64,000 nt of DNA from the IMG/VR virus record IMGVR_UViG_3300033567_000021; one strand, given 5' to 3'. Positions 28,954 through 36,779 of the stretch are shown piece after piece. The notes under the pieces were generated by a model, which was not told the origin of the DNA, did not search any database, and saw only the letters and a program-made list of their open reading frames with translations. The DNA is from a virus. The position numbers were made by a program, and so were the translations under genes. Every line of letters begins with the position of its first letter. Position 1 is the stretch's first letter.

Positions 28954-29199
28954 TTAATGTTTGAACTTTTGTTTCCAGCTACTTTCAATGTAATCTACGG
29001 CCTCTTCCTCTGTGTCGCAAGCATGATGTACTTCATTCAGACAAACTCCATCTTTGTTCACCTGGCTAATTTGCGTATACCATACTCCTGTTGCCTCTTT
29101 AATTACACCTACCCATTGTATGCCGTCGATTGTTTCTTTTTTAACAATGCGTTCCACATTATTCACCTCCCGCATATATAATTCGCGGGATGCCCTCAA
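28954..29199 (-). CDS. Hypothetical protein
   Basis: 81-aa ORF, RBS-like GGGAGG near internal GTG; ends at terminator. Confidence 0.55.
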   Translation of the reverse strand: MRASRELYMREVNNVERIVKKETIDGIQWVGVIKEATGVWYTQISQVNKDGVCLNEVHHACDTEEEAVDYIESSWKQKFKH

Positions 29200-29336
29200 A
29201 ATCGCCTTTATTTGTCGAAAATGTTTTACTTCTTCGTAAATTGAAAATATCGAATTGAAAATCCATCGCCACTTCCATTAGAAGGTATTTTGTCAGAATA
29301 TATCGAATTGATTTATCTCGAAAGGAGGATTGCCAA

Positions 29337-29480
29337 ATGCCGAATAAGCGAACAAGCAAGGCTGCAGCCAGCGCGGCTTCAAAAGTTCTTCGCGATGGCC
29401 GGTTTAGCGAAACAGCAAAGAAAGCCGCCGGAAGTGCATTGTCCCAGCGCGAAAAACCGAGCAATAAGAAGAGTAAATAA
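29337..29480 (+). CDS. 47-aa basic peptide (not in ORF track)
   Basis: RBS AAAGGAGG; MPNKRTSKAAASAASKVLRDGRFSETAKKAAGSALSQREKPSNKKSK. Confidence 0.75.
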   Translation: MPNKRTSKAAASAASKVLRDGRFSETAKKAAGSALSQREKPSNKKSK

Positions 29481-29511
29481 CGTTTTTCCATTCAAAGTTA
29501 GGGGTGACATT

Positions 29512-29787
29512 GTGGCTTCCTATTGGATTGGTTATGACCTCAAGGAAGGTGAGGACTACGAAGCGTTGATATCCGAAATCAAGTTATTAGGCACCAATTG
29601 GTGGCACTACTTAGATTCAACGTGGATTGTAATCACAAATCTCGACGCAAACGGTATTTACGACCGTTTGAAAGGCAAAATCAATACAGAACACGACAAG
29701 TTGCTCATCATGAAGACGTCTCTAGATCGACAAGGTTGGTTACCCGAAAAGGCTTGGGAATGGATTAGGCAATTCGTCATCGACTAG
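29512..29787 (+). CDS. Cas2-like/ferredoxin-fold small protein ('SinR family'-type)
   Basis: GTG with RBS GGGGTG; YWIGYDL..DYEALISEIK..W.H..DSTW pattern. Confidence 0.7.
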   Translation: MASYWIGYDLKEGEDYEALISEIKLLGTNWWHYLDSTWIVITNLDANGIYDRLKGKINTEHDKLLIMKTSLDRQGWLPEKAWEWIRQFVID

Positions 29788-30019
29788 CACACCTGGTACC
29801 GTTATCTATTCCACCATCACCGTCATGCCAAATGGACGTTGGCGAAAAACGTTTCTCTACCTGCACGTAGGATACGTTTTGCATATCTTCGACGTCCGCC
29901 CCACTGGGGTTAAACGCGGACAAATCAACCAACGCTTGTTCATACTTCGCGTAAACTGCATTCGGCTCCTTCTTCGTCCCATCTTTCATTGTGTAAACGC
30001 GAACAAAATATTCATCCAC
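29777..30019 (-). CDS. Hypothetical protein
   Basis: GTG with RBS GGAAGGGTG; 80 aa. Confidence 0.6.
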   Translation of the reverse strand: MDEYFVRVYTMKDGTKKEPNAVYAKYEQALVDLSAFNPSGADVEDMQNVSYVQVEKRFSPTSIWHDGDGGIDNGTRCASR

Positions 30020-30021
30020 TT

Positions 30022-30153
30022 CTATTCACCCTTCCTTAATTTATCAAATTCCGCCACACACCTCGGCATCGCGCAAACCACAACGACATCCTTTTCGCTT
30101 ACCTGTTGCTTTCTTCCCCAAACACACGCCACGCCATTCTGGCAAGGTTTCAT
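30022..30153 (-). CDS. 43-aa Cys-containing peptide (not in ORF track)
   Basis: RBS AAGGATGGTG; MKPCQNGVACVW...CAMPRC. Confidence 0.55.
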   Translation of the reverse strand: MKPCQNGVACVWGRKQQVSEKDVVVVCAMPRCVAEFDKLRKGE

Positions 30154-30179
30154 ATTGTCACCATCCTTATGTATCCGGT

Positions 30180-30500
30180 CCCTCGCCCGAACGCCACCGG
30201 CAAGCGCAGGAGGACGGCCACGATACCGCCGAACGAGGGGTGTTCGAAATGTAAATGCACCCGCGTCGGATGCGAGTGCCTGAGATAATAAAAAGAGCCG
30301 CGTCTATGGCAGCGCGGCCAACATCTACATACGAGCGGGAGGATGGCTGCGGTGTTGCGGTCACCGACAGCGTCCGCACATCGATGTAGCGCGCTGCGCT
30401 ATGCACAGCCTGGTCCGCTATCAATGTGTCGACGCCAGCGGTGGTCTGGCGTAGTTTCAACACAGTCAGCCTTGCCTCATCCCTGAGACATATTTGTCCT
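30180..30500 (-). ncRNA. Candidate structured late-leader RNA
   Basis: GC-rich stretch without a credible RBS-coupled ORF; at least four hairpins (30432-30452, 30297-30318, 30257-30279, 30180-30239). Confidence 0.4.
30287..30318 (-). terminator. Intrinsic terminator within late leader
   Basis: gccgcg-10nt-cgcggc followed by TCTTTTTATT on minus strand. Confidence 0.7.
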
Positions 30501-30509
30501 TGGGTAAAC

Positions 30510-30576
30510 ATTATCATGGATTCACGGCTCAATTCCGTACAGAATCCGTACCGATTCCGCACGAAAACCGTACGAA
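30510..30576 (-). promoter_or_regulatory. Late promoter with four 11-bp direct repeats (activator sites)
   Basis: ttccgtacaga, atccgtaccga, ttccgcacgaa, aaccgtacgaa at 30533-30576; GATAAT -10 at 30510-30515; directly after ArpU-type gene. Confidence 0.7.
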
Positions 30577-30579
30577 ATT

Positions 30580-31083
30580 TTAGTTGTACAGTGCACTGCC
30601 GTAATCCTCTTGCTCGATGCGCAACGCATAGGCCAACGTCATCAACGCCTCGACCTTGCGCTTTTCATAGTAGCTGACACCCCAGGCCCACCCATCTTTG
30701 ACCAGAGACTGATGAACTTTCGTGTCACTTGGCAGTGGCTCGCTATTTGCCATGAACCGCCGCCAGATGATTTCGCGCTTATACTCTGGGAACACGTCAA
30801 CCTTGCGCTCCAGCATGCCGACGAACGTAGCCATGTTTTCGTTCCGGACGATACTGTTCTCCGTCGACGAGCTGAAGCTATTTTGCGGGCGTATCAAATC
30901 CGGGTCGTGACCGGGCTTGTCTAAGCTTTTTGGCAACCGCTGAACAGTGGACGGGTACGCTCCACCCATGCGCAGGATGAGGCGGTACTCGCGGTAACGC
31001 TCAAACACCGCAACGAGAGCTTGTCTTGTCTCTGTTTTCTTCAGTTCCGGGATGTTCAGGCCAAGTTGGATGGAGTTGTTCAC
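30580..31083 (-). CDS. ArpU-family late transcriptional activator
   Basis: QLGLNIPELKK.ET...VFERYREY, REIIWRRF, YYEKRKVEALMTLAYAL; last early gene. Confidence 0.8.
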   Translation of the reverse strand: MNNSIQLGLNIPELKKTETRQALVAVFERYREYRLILRMGGAYPSTVQRLPKSLDKPGHDPDLIRPQNSFSSSTENSIVRNENMATFVGMLERKVDVFPEYKREIIWRRFMANSEPLPSDTKVHQSLVKDGWAWGVSYYEKRKVEALMTLAYALRIEQEDYGSALYN

Positions 31084-31115
31084 TACTTGTCACGCTCCTT
31101 TGTTCTGATTCAACA

Positions 31116-31988
31116 TCAGTACGGCAAACCACCGTGTCGGTGCTCTCGGCCTCGGTTCAGTTCCATCTTGGCAAACAACGCCGCTGTCAGGTCTAGGTTG
31201 TGCGCAGCTGCCGTGTCCATTACGCGGATGACCACGTCGGCAAGTTCCTCCGCCACCTTCTCCGGCCCACGCTTTTTGCGGTCAGCCTCCAGCGCTTCGG
31301 ACACTTCGCTGTGGATGAGCGCGAGCTGCACCGGCAGTTGAACTTCGTTCTCGTACCAACCCATTTCGACCGCAGTATCGTGTACCTCGTCGATCAAGTC
31401 CTGCACCGCCGCCCTCATAATCGCATCACTTAGTGCTATCGATACGGACACTTTTCGTTCCCTCCGCTCCGGTTTATCCACAGACTTATCAACAGGTTGT
31501 GAACAAGAACTTACGTTCGGTTCAGTGGGTGCAGAAATGTCGGTACCGGGTTCTGTAGTCGCCTCCTTCGTTGCATCTATTGTGGCCGCCACCTCATTCG
31601 CGGCTGATACAATGCCCGACTTGTCCAGCTCTGCCTCTTCAACTGCAGGGTCCTTGATACCCCATTGCATCAACAGCTGATAGAACTTGCCCGGATTGAT
31701 TTTCTCGTCGCGCTGGATGCTCGTGCGCGTTTTACCTGTGCGGCGCAATTCAAGGTACTGCTCCTTCGTGATTGCTGGAGACTCCATTTCATTCACTCCT
31801 TCTCGATTTTGTGGTTGGCCAACGATAACGGCGAGAGAATAGTCAGGCGCTTGCTTTGGCTTACCGCAATACTTCTCGCGTTCCTCATCGGTCATTTGAC
31901 GCGTAATCACCGGGCTCTGTAATCTCGGACCGTTTTCTATACGTGGAATTGGAGTACCGGTCGGTGCTGTTCTACCGTTGCGCATCAT
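31116..31988 (-). CDS. MazG-like NTP pyrophosphatase with long N-terminal extension
   Basis: C-terminal LALIHSEVSEALEADRK..EELADVVIR; ATG 31988, second strong RBS/ATG at 31787. Confidence 0.8.
   Translation of the reverse strand: MMRNGRTAPTGTPIPRIENGPRLQSPVITRQMTDEEREKYCGKPKQAPDYSLAVIVGQPQNREGVNEMESPAITKEQYLELRRTGKTRTSIQRDEKINPGKFYQLLMQWGIKDPAVEEAELDKSGIVSAANEVAATIDATKEATTEPGTDISAPTEPNVSSCSQPVDKSVDKPERRERKVSVSIALSDAIMRAAVQDLIDEVHDTAVEMGWYENEVQLPVQLALIHSEVSEALEADRKKRGPEKVAEELADVVIRVMDTAAAHNLDLTAALFAKMELNRGREHRHGGLPY
31474..31506. promoter_or_regulatory. Cluster of three DnaA-box-like 9-mers
   Basis: TTATCCACA 31474, TTATCAACA 31486, TGTGAACAA (reverse) 31498. Confidence 0.5.
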
Positions 31989-31993
31989 ATTGT

Positions 31994-32521
31994 CTACACC
32001 GCCTTCGAATCTAGCAGCTTGTCCACCACCGCCAAATAATCCACTGGCACCGCACGGGTTGCCTTCAGTAGGTAGCACAACCGCGCCACGTCGTCATACG
32101 TGATACTCTTGCGTTCGCCACTCGAAGCCTTGTCCCACGCATCCACGACCATCTTGCCTGGCACGTAGAATATCTCGTGCAGCTTCGCGAACTCCAGAAT
32201 GACGAAACAGATTGCGCCAGCCGTCATGCAGCTGCGCATGTGCTCCACCTGATGCGCATGGATGTTGTCGAGCGGGAACCGTGTGGTCTCCCGCGTCGAC
32301 TTCGCTTCGAACTGCAAACTGTGTCCGCGATATACACCTTCGTAGTCCACGGTGCTCGGTGCCTCGAGGACAGCAGATGTTACGCGCGTGCCCTGGGTGC
32401 GCAGAATCTTCACTGGTGTCGGGCGTTTGTGGATGACTGCAATTCCACGGTGCAGGTACGCGATGTTGGTGTGGTTGATGAGTTGCTCAAGGGCCATGCC
32501 TCGGTTTGCTTGTCCAATCAC
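31994..32521 (-). CDS. recU: RecU-family Holliday junction resolvase
   Basis: NRGMALEQLIN.TN..Y, KRPTP, STVDYEGVY.G..FEAK.T, HQVEHM. Confidence 0.92.
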   Translation of the reverse strand: MIGQANRGMALEQLINHTNIAYLHRGIAVIHKRPTPVKILRTQGTRVTSAVLEAPSTVDYEGVYRGHSLQFEAKSTRETTRFPLDNIHAHQVEHMRSCMTAGAICFVILEFAKLHEIFYVPGKMVVDAWDKASSGERKSITYDDVARLCYLLKATRAVPVDYLAVVDKLLDSKAV

Positions 32522-32739
32522 TTGCCCATCGCCTCCAGCCTCGCAACAGCGTCCCTTAGGGTGCTAATGTCCTTCGCGTCTACAGCGACATGCAACCATC
32601 TGCGCTGGTCATCCTGCCAGCCATTGCATAATACTTTCGCCTCTTCCGCTACCATTAGCAGCACATCGTATTCCGCAATCGGAATGACGACCTTTCGCGC
32701 ATCTGTCACTCCATCTGTTTCACCGATGATTTCAGTCAT
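32518..32739 (-). CDS. Hypothetical protein
   Basis: 73 aa, coupled to flanking genes. Confidence 0.6.
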   Translation of the reverse strand: MTEIIGETDGVTDARKVVIPIAEYDVLLMVAEEAKVLCNGWQDDQRRWLHVAVDAKDISTLRDAVARLEAMGK

Positions 32740-32745
32740 GATCCG

Positions 32746-33672
32746 TCACCATCCCTCACATAATCCGTAAGCGCTGCTACAAGTTGGAGTAGGTTCTGTC
32801 TTAAACAGATCAATTTGCCTGCCGCCGCGCACTGTCATCGACCACTCAACCGCTTCATGGATATTTACACCTTTGCCATCTGTGGTGCAGAAAAATGAAG
32901 ATTCTCCCCGTTTGGATGCTTCCGACACAAGAATTTCCCATGCAGCCACGCGTTCTATCTCTTCAGGGAAGCGTCTCTGAATCTCAAACAGTTCTTCTTT
33001 CCCGGTGTTGATACAAGGCATACACCCGACGCGTCGCATTCCTTGTGAGTAGAGAGGGTTCGGCATAATCCCGTGCTTTTTGTGCTGTGCAAAGACGTCA
33101 TCAACTGTCCATCGTAATAGCGGACGAAATGCCCAGTAACTGAAAGCATCAAACCGCGACAATACTTCCTCGTGTTCCGAATAACCAGATCTCCGTCGGC
33201 TTTCGTCAGCCCGAATCGCCTGATAGTTGTTAATGGAATATCCTTGGTCAATCAGCGGACGATATACTTGCTGCTCAATAGGCTTTATCTTCAATTCTTC
33301 GGTGCAAAATTGAGCTTTCGAAGACGGGAATCGGCCTTTCCACAGGCACATATCCAGATATGGATTACCTGTAGGTACGAGTAGTTTCAATGCATGCTCA
33401 ATACGTTCTTCCGATACACCATCTTTACGCCATTTGATTTGGACGACTTCACGTTTATGTTCAATTTGTTTCGTGAAGTCGGCTTTAACCCTTTGTATTG
33501 GACCAAGCTTGTTCTCCAGATAGTCTAAGTAGCCATAGGTCACAGGATGCTCATGACCTGTATCCGCAAATACAACACGAATGTCGATGCCCTGTTCAAT
33601 GGCCCATAGCCACATTGCGGTAGAGTCCTTCCCTCCAGAAACGGAAAGAACGTTAGCAGTGCAAGATTTCAT
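32746..33672 (-). CDS. PAPS reductase-family protein
   Basis: SVSGGKDSTA, ADTGHEHP, CTEELK, RADES..R, RVGCMPC; ATG 33672 with RBS. Confidence 0.88.
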   Translation of the reverse strand: MKSCTANVLSVSGGKDSTAMWLWAIEQGIDIRVVFADTGHEHPVTYGYLDYLENKLGPIQRVKADFTKQIEHKREVVQIKWRKDGVSEERIEHALKLLVPTGNPYLDMCLWKGRFPSSKAQFCTEELKIKPIEQQVYRPLIDQGYSINNYQAIRADESRRRSGYSEHEEVLSRFDAFSYWAFRPLLRWTVDDVFAQHKKHGIMPNPLYSQGMRRVGCMPCINTGKEELFEIQRRFPEEIERVAAWEILVSEASKRGESSFFCTTDGKGVNIHEAVEWSMTVRGGRQIDLFKTEPTPTCSSAYGLCEGW

Positions 33673-33737
33673 CCCAATCACCCTCCCTCTTGCATACTTC
33701 CGTACATTCCGCTGCAAGTTGTACGATTTCGCGCATG

Positions 33738-34244
33738 TCATGTAGTACCGTTTTCGTCGAACCACTTCATCGCCTGCTCACTCGCCCGTTGTAATGCCTT
33801 GAAAGCGTCCGTTGTGCCACCCGCATCCGGATGCAACTGCTTCGCCAGTGTCCGGTATCGGTCTCTCACGTCCTCCGCACCCGCAGGTATCTCCGTGAAT
33901 CCCATCTGCCTGAAGAACGTCGGCACCTCTACGACCGGCGGCAAGTATTTCATCCCCGTGACCCACGTCGACAGCTCGTAGATTCCCCGCTCCGCGATAC
34001 GGGCTAAGTCCTCAAGCGCAAGAACGACCTGGGCGAAGGCATCCGAACCGTAGACGATGTCAACGCCATGTGCCTTAGCCTTTTCAATGCTGTGGTCGAA
34101 TCGATAGAGTTCACCTTTGAGCCTAAACTGCACCCAGCACCCGTGCCGGTCCCAGTTGTAGTCGACGTCAGTCGCTCCGAACCGGTCCATGACTCGAGAG
34201 AGTTTCGACTCGTAATCGCCGCTGTATGTCTTTGAGCGTCCCAT
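33738..34244 (-). CDS. J-domain (DnaJ-like) protein
   Basis: C-terminal YRTLAKQLHPDAGG..FKAL (HPD motif). Confidence 0.85.
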   Translation of the reverse strand: MGRSKTYSGDYESKLSRVMDRFGATDVDYNWDRHGCWVQFRLKGELYRFDHSIEKAKAHGVDIVYGSDAFAQVVLALEDLARIAERGIYELSTWVTGMKYLPPVVEVPTFFRQMGFTEIPAGAEDVRDRYRTLAKQLHPDAGGTTDAFKALQRASEQAMKWFDENGTT

Positions 34245-34273
34245 TCACATCCTCCATCCAACTTTGTGAGAGA

Positions 34274-34561
34274 CTAACTTTTGCTAACTTTCTCCACCCG
34301 ATATCGCTTACCCCAACAGTTGCTGCACAAAACCTCGCTCGTCTCTTCCACGAAGCAGTCGTCACCGTCTGGAATCGGTTTGTGACATGCGTCGCATATC
34401 TCTGTCAACTCCGCCAACTTTGCCTGGATCTCGTACCACTCACGTTGAGTGATGAGGTGATATCCTTGCTCGTGCAGGGCTTCGACCAGTTCTCTGCTAA
34501 CCTGATAATTTGGCTTGCTCACTTGTCCGTTGCTCCTCACGTTCTTTTTCTGCAATGCCAC
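34274..34561 (-). CDS. Hypothetical zinc-finger protein
   Basis: CDAC...CSNC. Confidence 0.6.
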   Translation of the reverse strand: MALQKKNVRSNGQVSKPNYQVSRELVEALHEQGYHLITQREWYEIQAKLAELTEICDACHKPIPDGDDCFVEETSEVLCSNCWGKRYRVEKVSKS

Positions 34562-34841
34562 GTAGAAAGTAATCCTCCCTGAGATACACGATTTCTATGC
34601 CGCGTGCACGCATCTGACAGACGGCGCGCTGCAGGTTCCAAGGAGGGCGGCCAAGGGCGTATGACAGACTCAGTACATCGTCCTTGCCCCACCAAGTCGC
34701 GAGGTACTGTAAGTCCCGTTTACGCCAGGGTTTGCCGTTATTCGGGAAGTAGCTTTCCCACTCGCCTTCGGATATGTCCGAGAGCCCGCTGTAGCGGCTG
34801 AGAATTTCGTAACTGATATCTGCCTTGCCCATGGATTGCAC
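34497..34841 (-). CDS. Hypothetical DNA-binding-like protein
   Basis: PWRKRDLQYL..W..LSYALGR, HTH-like; RBS GGAGG. Confidence 0.55.
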   Translation of the reverse strand: MQSMGKADISYEILSRYSGLSDISEGEWESYFPNNGKPWRKRDLQYLATWWGKDDVLSLSYALGRPPWNLQRAVCQMRARGIEIVYLREDYFLRGIAEKEREEQRTSEQAKLSG

Positions 34842-34856
34842 CTCCCCTTTTTGCCG

Positions 34857-35708
34857 TTATCCGTCTGGATACAGAGCGTAAAATGCGTCGTACCTTGGAT
34901 CCTTTTCATCCGCCGTTTTCTGCGGCCCTGCTCTGACAGCAGTTGCCGTAGTTTTGCGTCGTATACCGCCGTCTGCACGCCAGTTCTGTAGCACACCAAA
35001 GACGTATTTGAGGCGTCGTTTGTTCTGCAGTACAGCCTCTTTCATAGCTTCGGTAACCCACTCTTGCCCGAACTCAGTGAGCAGGTCGGCCAATGCTTGT
35101 CCCACCGTTTGCGTAAGTTGCCCAAAGCCTTCGGACTCATAGACTTTCGTTAGCGTGGACAAAGATTCGTCAATGACCAAAGACGAGGACGAGTCCTTTT
35201 CGACTGATGCCGCTACTTCCAGATCAGCACTATGTACCGGATCGTCATTGTTCTTGTCTTTTGGTTCTGTTTGGTTAGGTAAGGTACGGTTAGGTACGGT
35301 AGCGGGTGCACGTGATTTGAACGTGTTGTGCACGTGTTCTGCACGTTTTGATACTTTGCTTGCACGTGCACTACGCATGCGTTCAGCGTTCTTTTCGCGA
35401 CGTTCGAGTAGTCGTCCGGCGTAGTCCTGCCAATCGTGCAGAACGAGATGACCATCGACGTCTGACAGCCATCCAGCGGTTAAACATGCCTCGACAAAGG
35501 CATCAGCATCCCCGCGCCAAGATGCTCCGAAAGCAATAGCCCGATTTGGCAAACCTGATATGTCACCATCCCCGGCATTGTCGAGAGCCCAACACCAGAG
35601 ATGCGCCATGTGTGCGGCAGCGTAGAGTTCATCAATGCCCAGCTCTGCAGCTAGAAGGAAAGTCTTTTTATGCGTCCACAGGGACTGGTGCAATTCAATC
35701 CACGCCAC
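34857..35708 (-). CDS. Replication initiator with DnaD-like domain
   Basis: MAWIELHQSL..HKK N-terminus, WQDYAG, EWVTEAMKEAV...LKYVFGVLQNW. Confidence 0.85.
   Translation of the reverse strand: MAWIELHQSLWTHKKTFLLAAELGIDELYAAAHMAHLWCWALDNAGDGDISGLPNRAIAFGASWRGDADAFVEACLTAGWLSDVDGHLVLHDWQDYAGRLLERREKNAERMRSARASKVSKRAEHVHNTFKSRAPATVPNRTLPNQTEPKDKNNDDPVHSADLEVAASVEKDSSSSLVIDESLSTLTKVYESEGFGQLTQTVGQALADLLTEFGQEWVTEAMKEAVLQNKRRLKYVFGVLQNWRADGGIRRKTTATAVRAGPQKTADEKDPRYDAFYALYPDG
35273..35367. repeat. Iteron-like repeats, candidate replication origin
   Basis: TG(C/A)ACGT at 35307, 35318, 35329, 35340, 35361; GGT(T/A)(A/C) pentamer array 35273-35302; T-rich flank. Confidence 0.6.
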
Positions 35709-35713
35709 TGGTG

Positions 35714-36001
35714 TTACCTCCCAATCGGAATTATCAAAGTCTCGCCTGGTCGAATAGCTTGTCCACTCAACCGGTTATGCCGTTCAATCCAATCAATCAC
35801 GTCGCGAGTATCATCGCGCTGGTCGAACCTAACAGCGATGGACCACTCAGTGTCGCCGGCCTTCACGACGTAACTTGTTGTATGCGTATCAGTAGGGACG
35901 CTGCCTGCATTCAGAGCCGCCGTGGCAGTCGCAGCAAACATCCATAGAACTACTAGAGCCACGGCCACAGCGAGCAAGCGCCGCATATGTTTTGGGTGCA
36001 T
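35714..36001 (-). CDS. YneA-like TM + LysM protein
   Basis: N-terminal TM then YVVKAGDTEWSIA...IRPGETLIIP. Confidence 0.8.
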   Translation of the reverse strand: MHPKHMRRLLAVAVALVVLWMFAATATAALNAGSVPTDTHTTSYVVKAGDTEWSIAVRFDQRDDTRDVIDWIERHNRLSGQAIRPGETLIIPIGR

Positions 36002-36068
36002 TCTAATCCCTCCACTCTTTGCATAAACTATCGCGTGGGATGCGCGCGCAAGACTCACGCAAAGTTGA

Positions 36069-36779
36069 TTACCTCCCCGCAATGTATACTTGCTTTCCTG
36101 TGGCCTCCTGTATTTCTCGCTTGAACAAAAGTGCGTCGGAGTTGGTGTCTGACAAATGGAGTAGATGAATCTCTTGGACGCGGCCTAAATCATTTGCTGC
36201 TAGGAACTCCTTCACGTGCTCGAGTGAGAAGTGACTTCTCAGCAACCTCTTACGCATAACTGCCGGTACCCGACCAGCCGCTATGTTTTCGTCCAGCACC
36301 TTGAGACTGTAGTTCGCCTCGACCATCACGTGCGTGAGCCCCTCAAATTTGTACTTGCAGTAATAGGTGTCGGTAAGGAAAACAAGCTTCTCCCCTGTCT
36401 TGTTCGCGAGGAGCAGATACCCAAACGGCTCCGACACGTCGTGCTGGACGTCAAACGGTAGAACTATCCAAGTCCCCAAAACAAATGGCTTCATCGGCTC
36501 AACCGACTTCGCTCTGTGACCGTCAAGCTTGAGTGCAGAGAGGGTACCGGAAGAGGCGTAAACGTCGACCCCTGCCCTCATGACCTCCCTGACTGACTTG
36601 CAGTGGTCGCCGTGCTCGTGGGTGATCAGGCAACCTGCCAGTTCCGACATCCGAAACCCAACACCACGCTGGATATCTTTGTAGCGGATGCCCGCCTCCA
36701 GGAGCAGGCGGGTCGACCCGTCATCGACAAGGTACGCGTTCCCCGCGCTACTGCTGGCCAGCGATTTGATGCTTATCAA
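36069..36779 (-). CDS. MBL-fold metallo-hydrolase (recombination nuclease partner)
   Basis: SSSAGNAY, THEHGDH, HDVSEP, TDT, HLSDTN. Confidence 0.9.
   Translation of the reverse strand: MISIKSLASSSAGNAYLVDDGSTRLLLEAGIRYKDIQRGVGFRMSELAGCLITHEHGDHCKSVREVMRAGVDVYASSGTLSALKLDGHRAKSVEPMKPFVLGTWIVLPFDVQHDVSEPFGYLLLANKTGEKLVFLTDTYYCKYKFEGLTHVMVEANYSLKVLDENIAAGRVPAVMRKRLLRSHFSLEHVKEFLAANDLGRVQEIHLLHLSDTNSDALLFKREIQEATGKQVYIAGR

Noticed and set aside
29290-29511. N-terminal extension of ORF-track call 29290-29787
   Set aside because: Overlaps the 47-aa peptide gene that has the strong RBS; the downstream protein has its own RBS and GTG at 29512.
30167-30562. 131-aa minus-strand ORF across the late leader
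   Set aside because: No RBS, starts inside the activator repeat array, runs through a terminator, no protein-like motifs.
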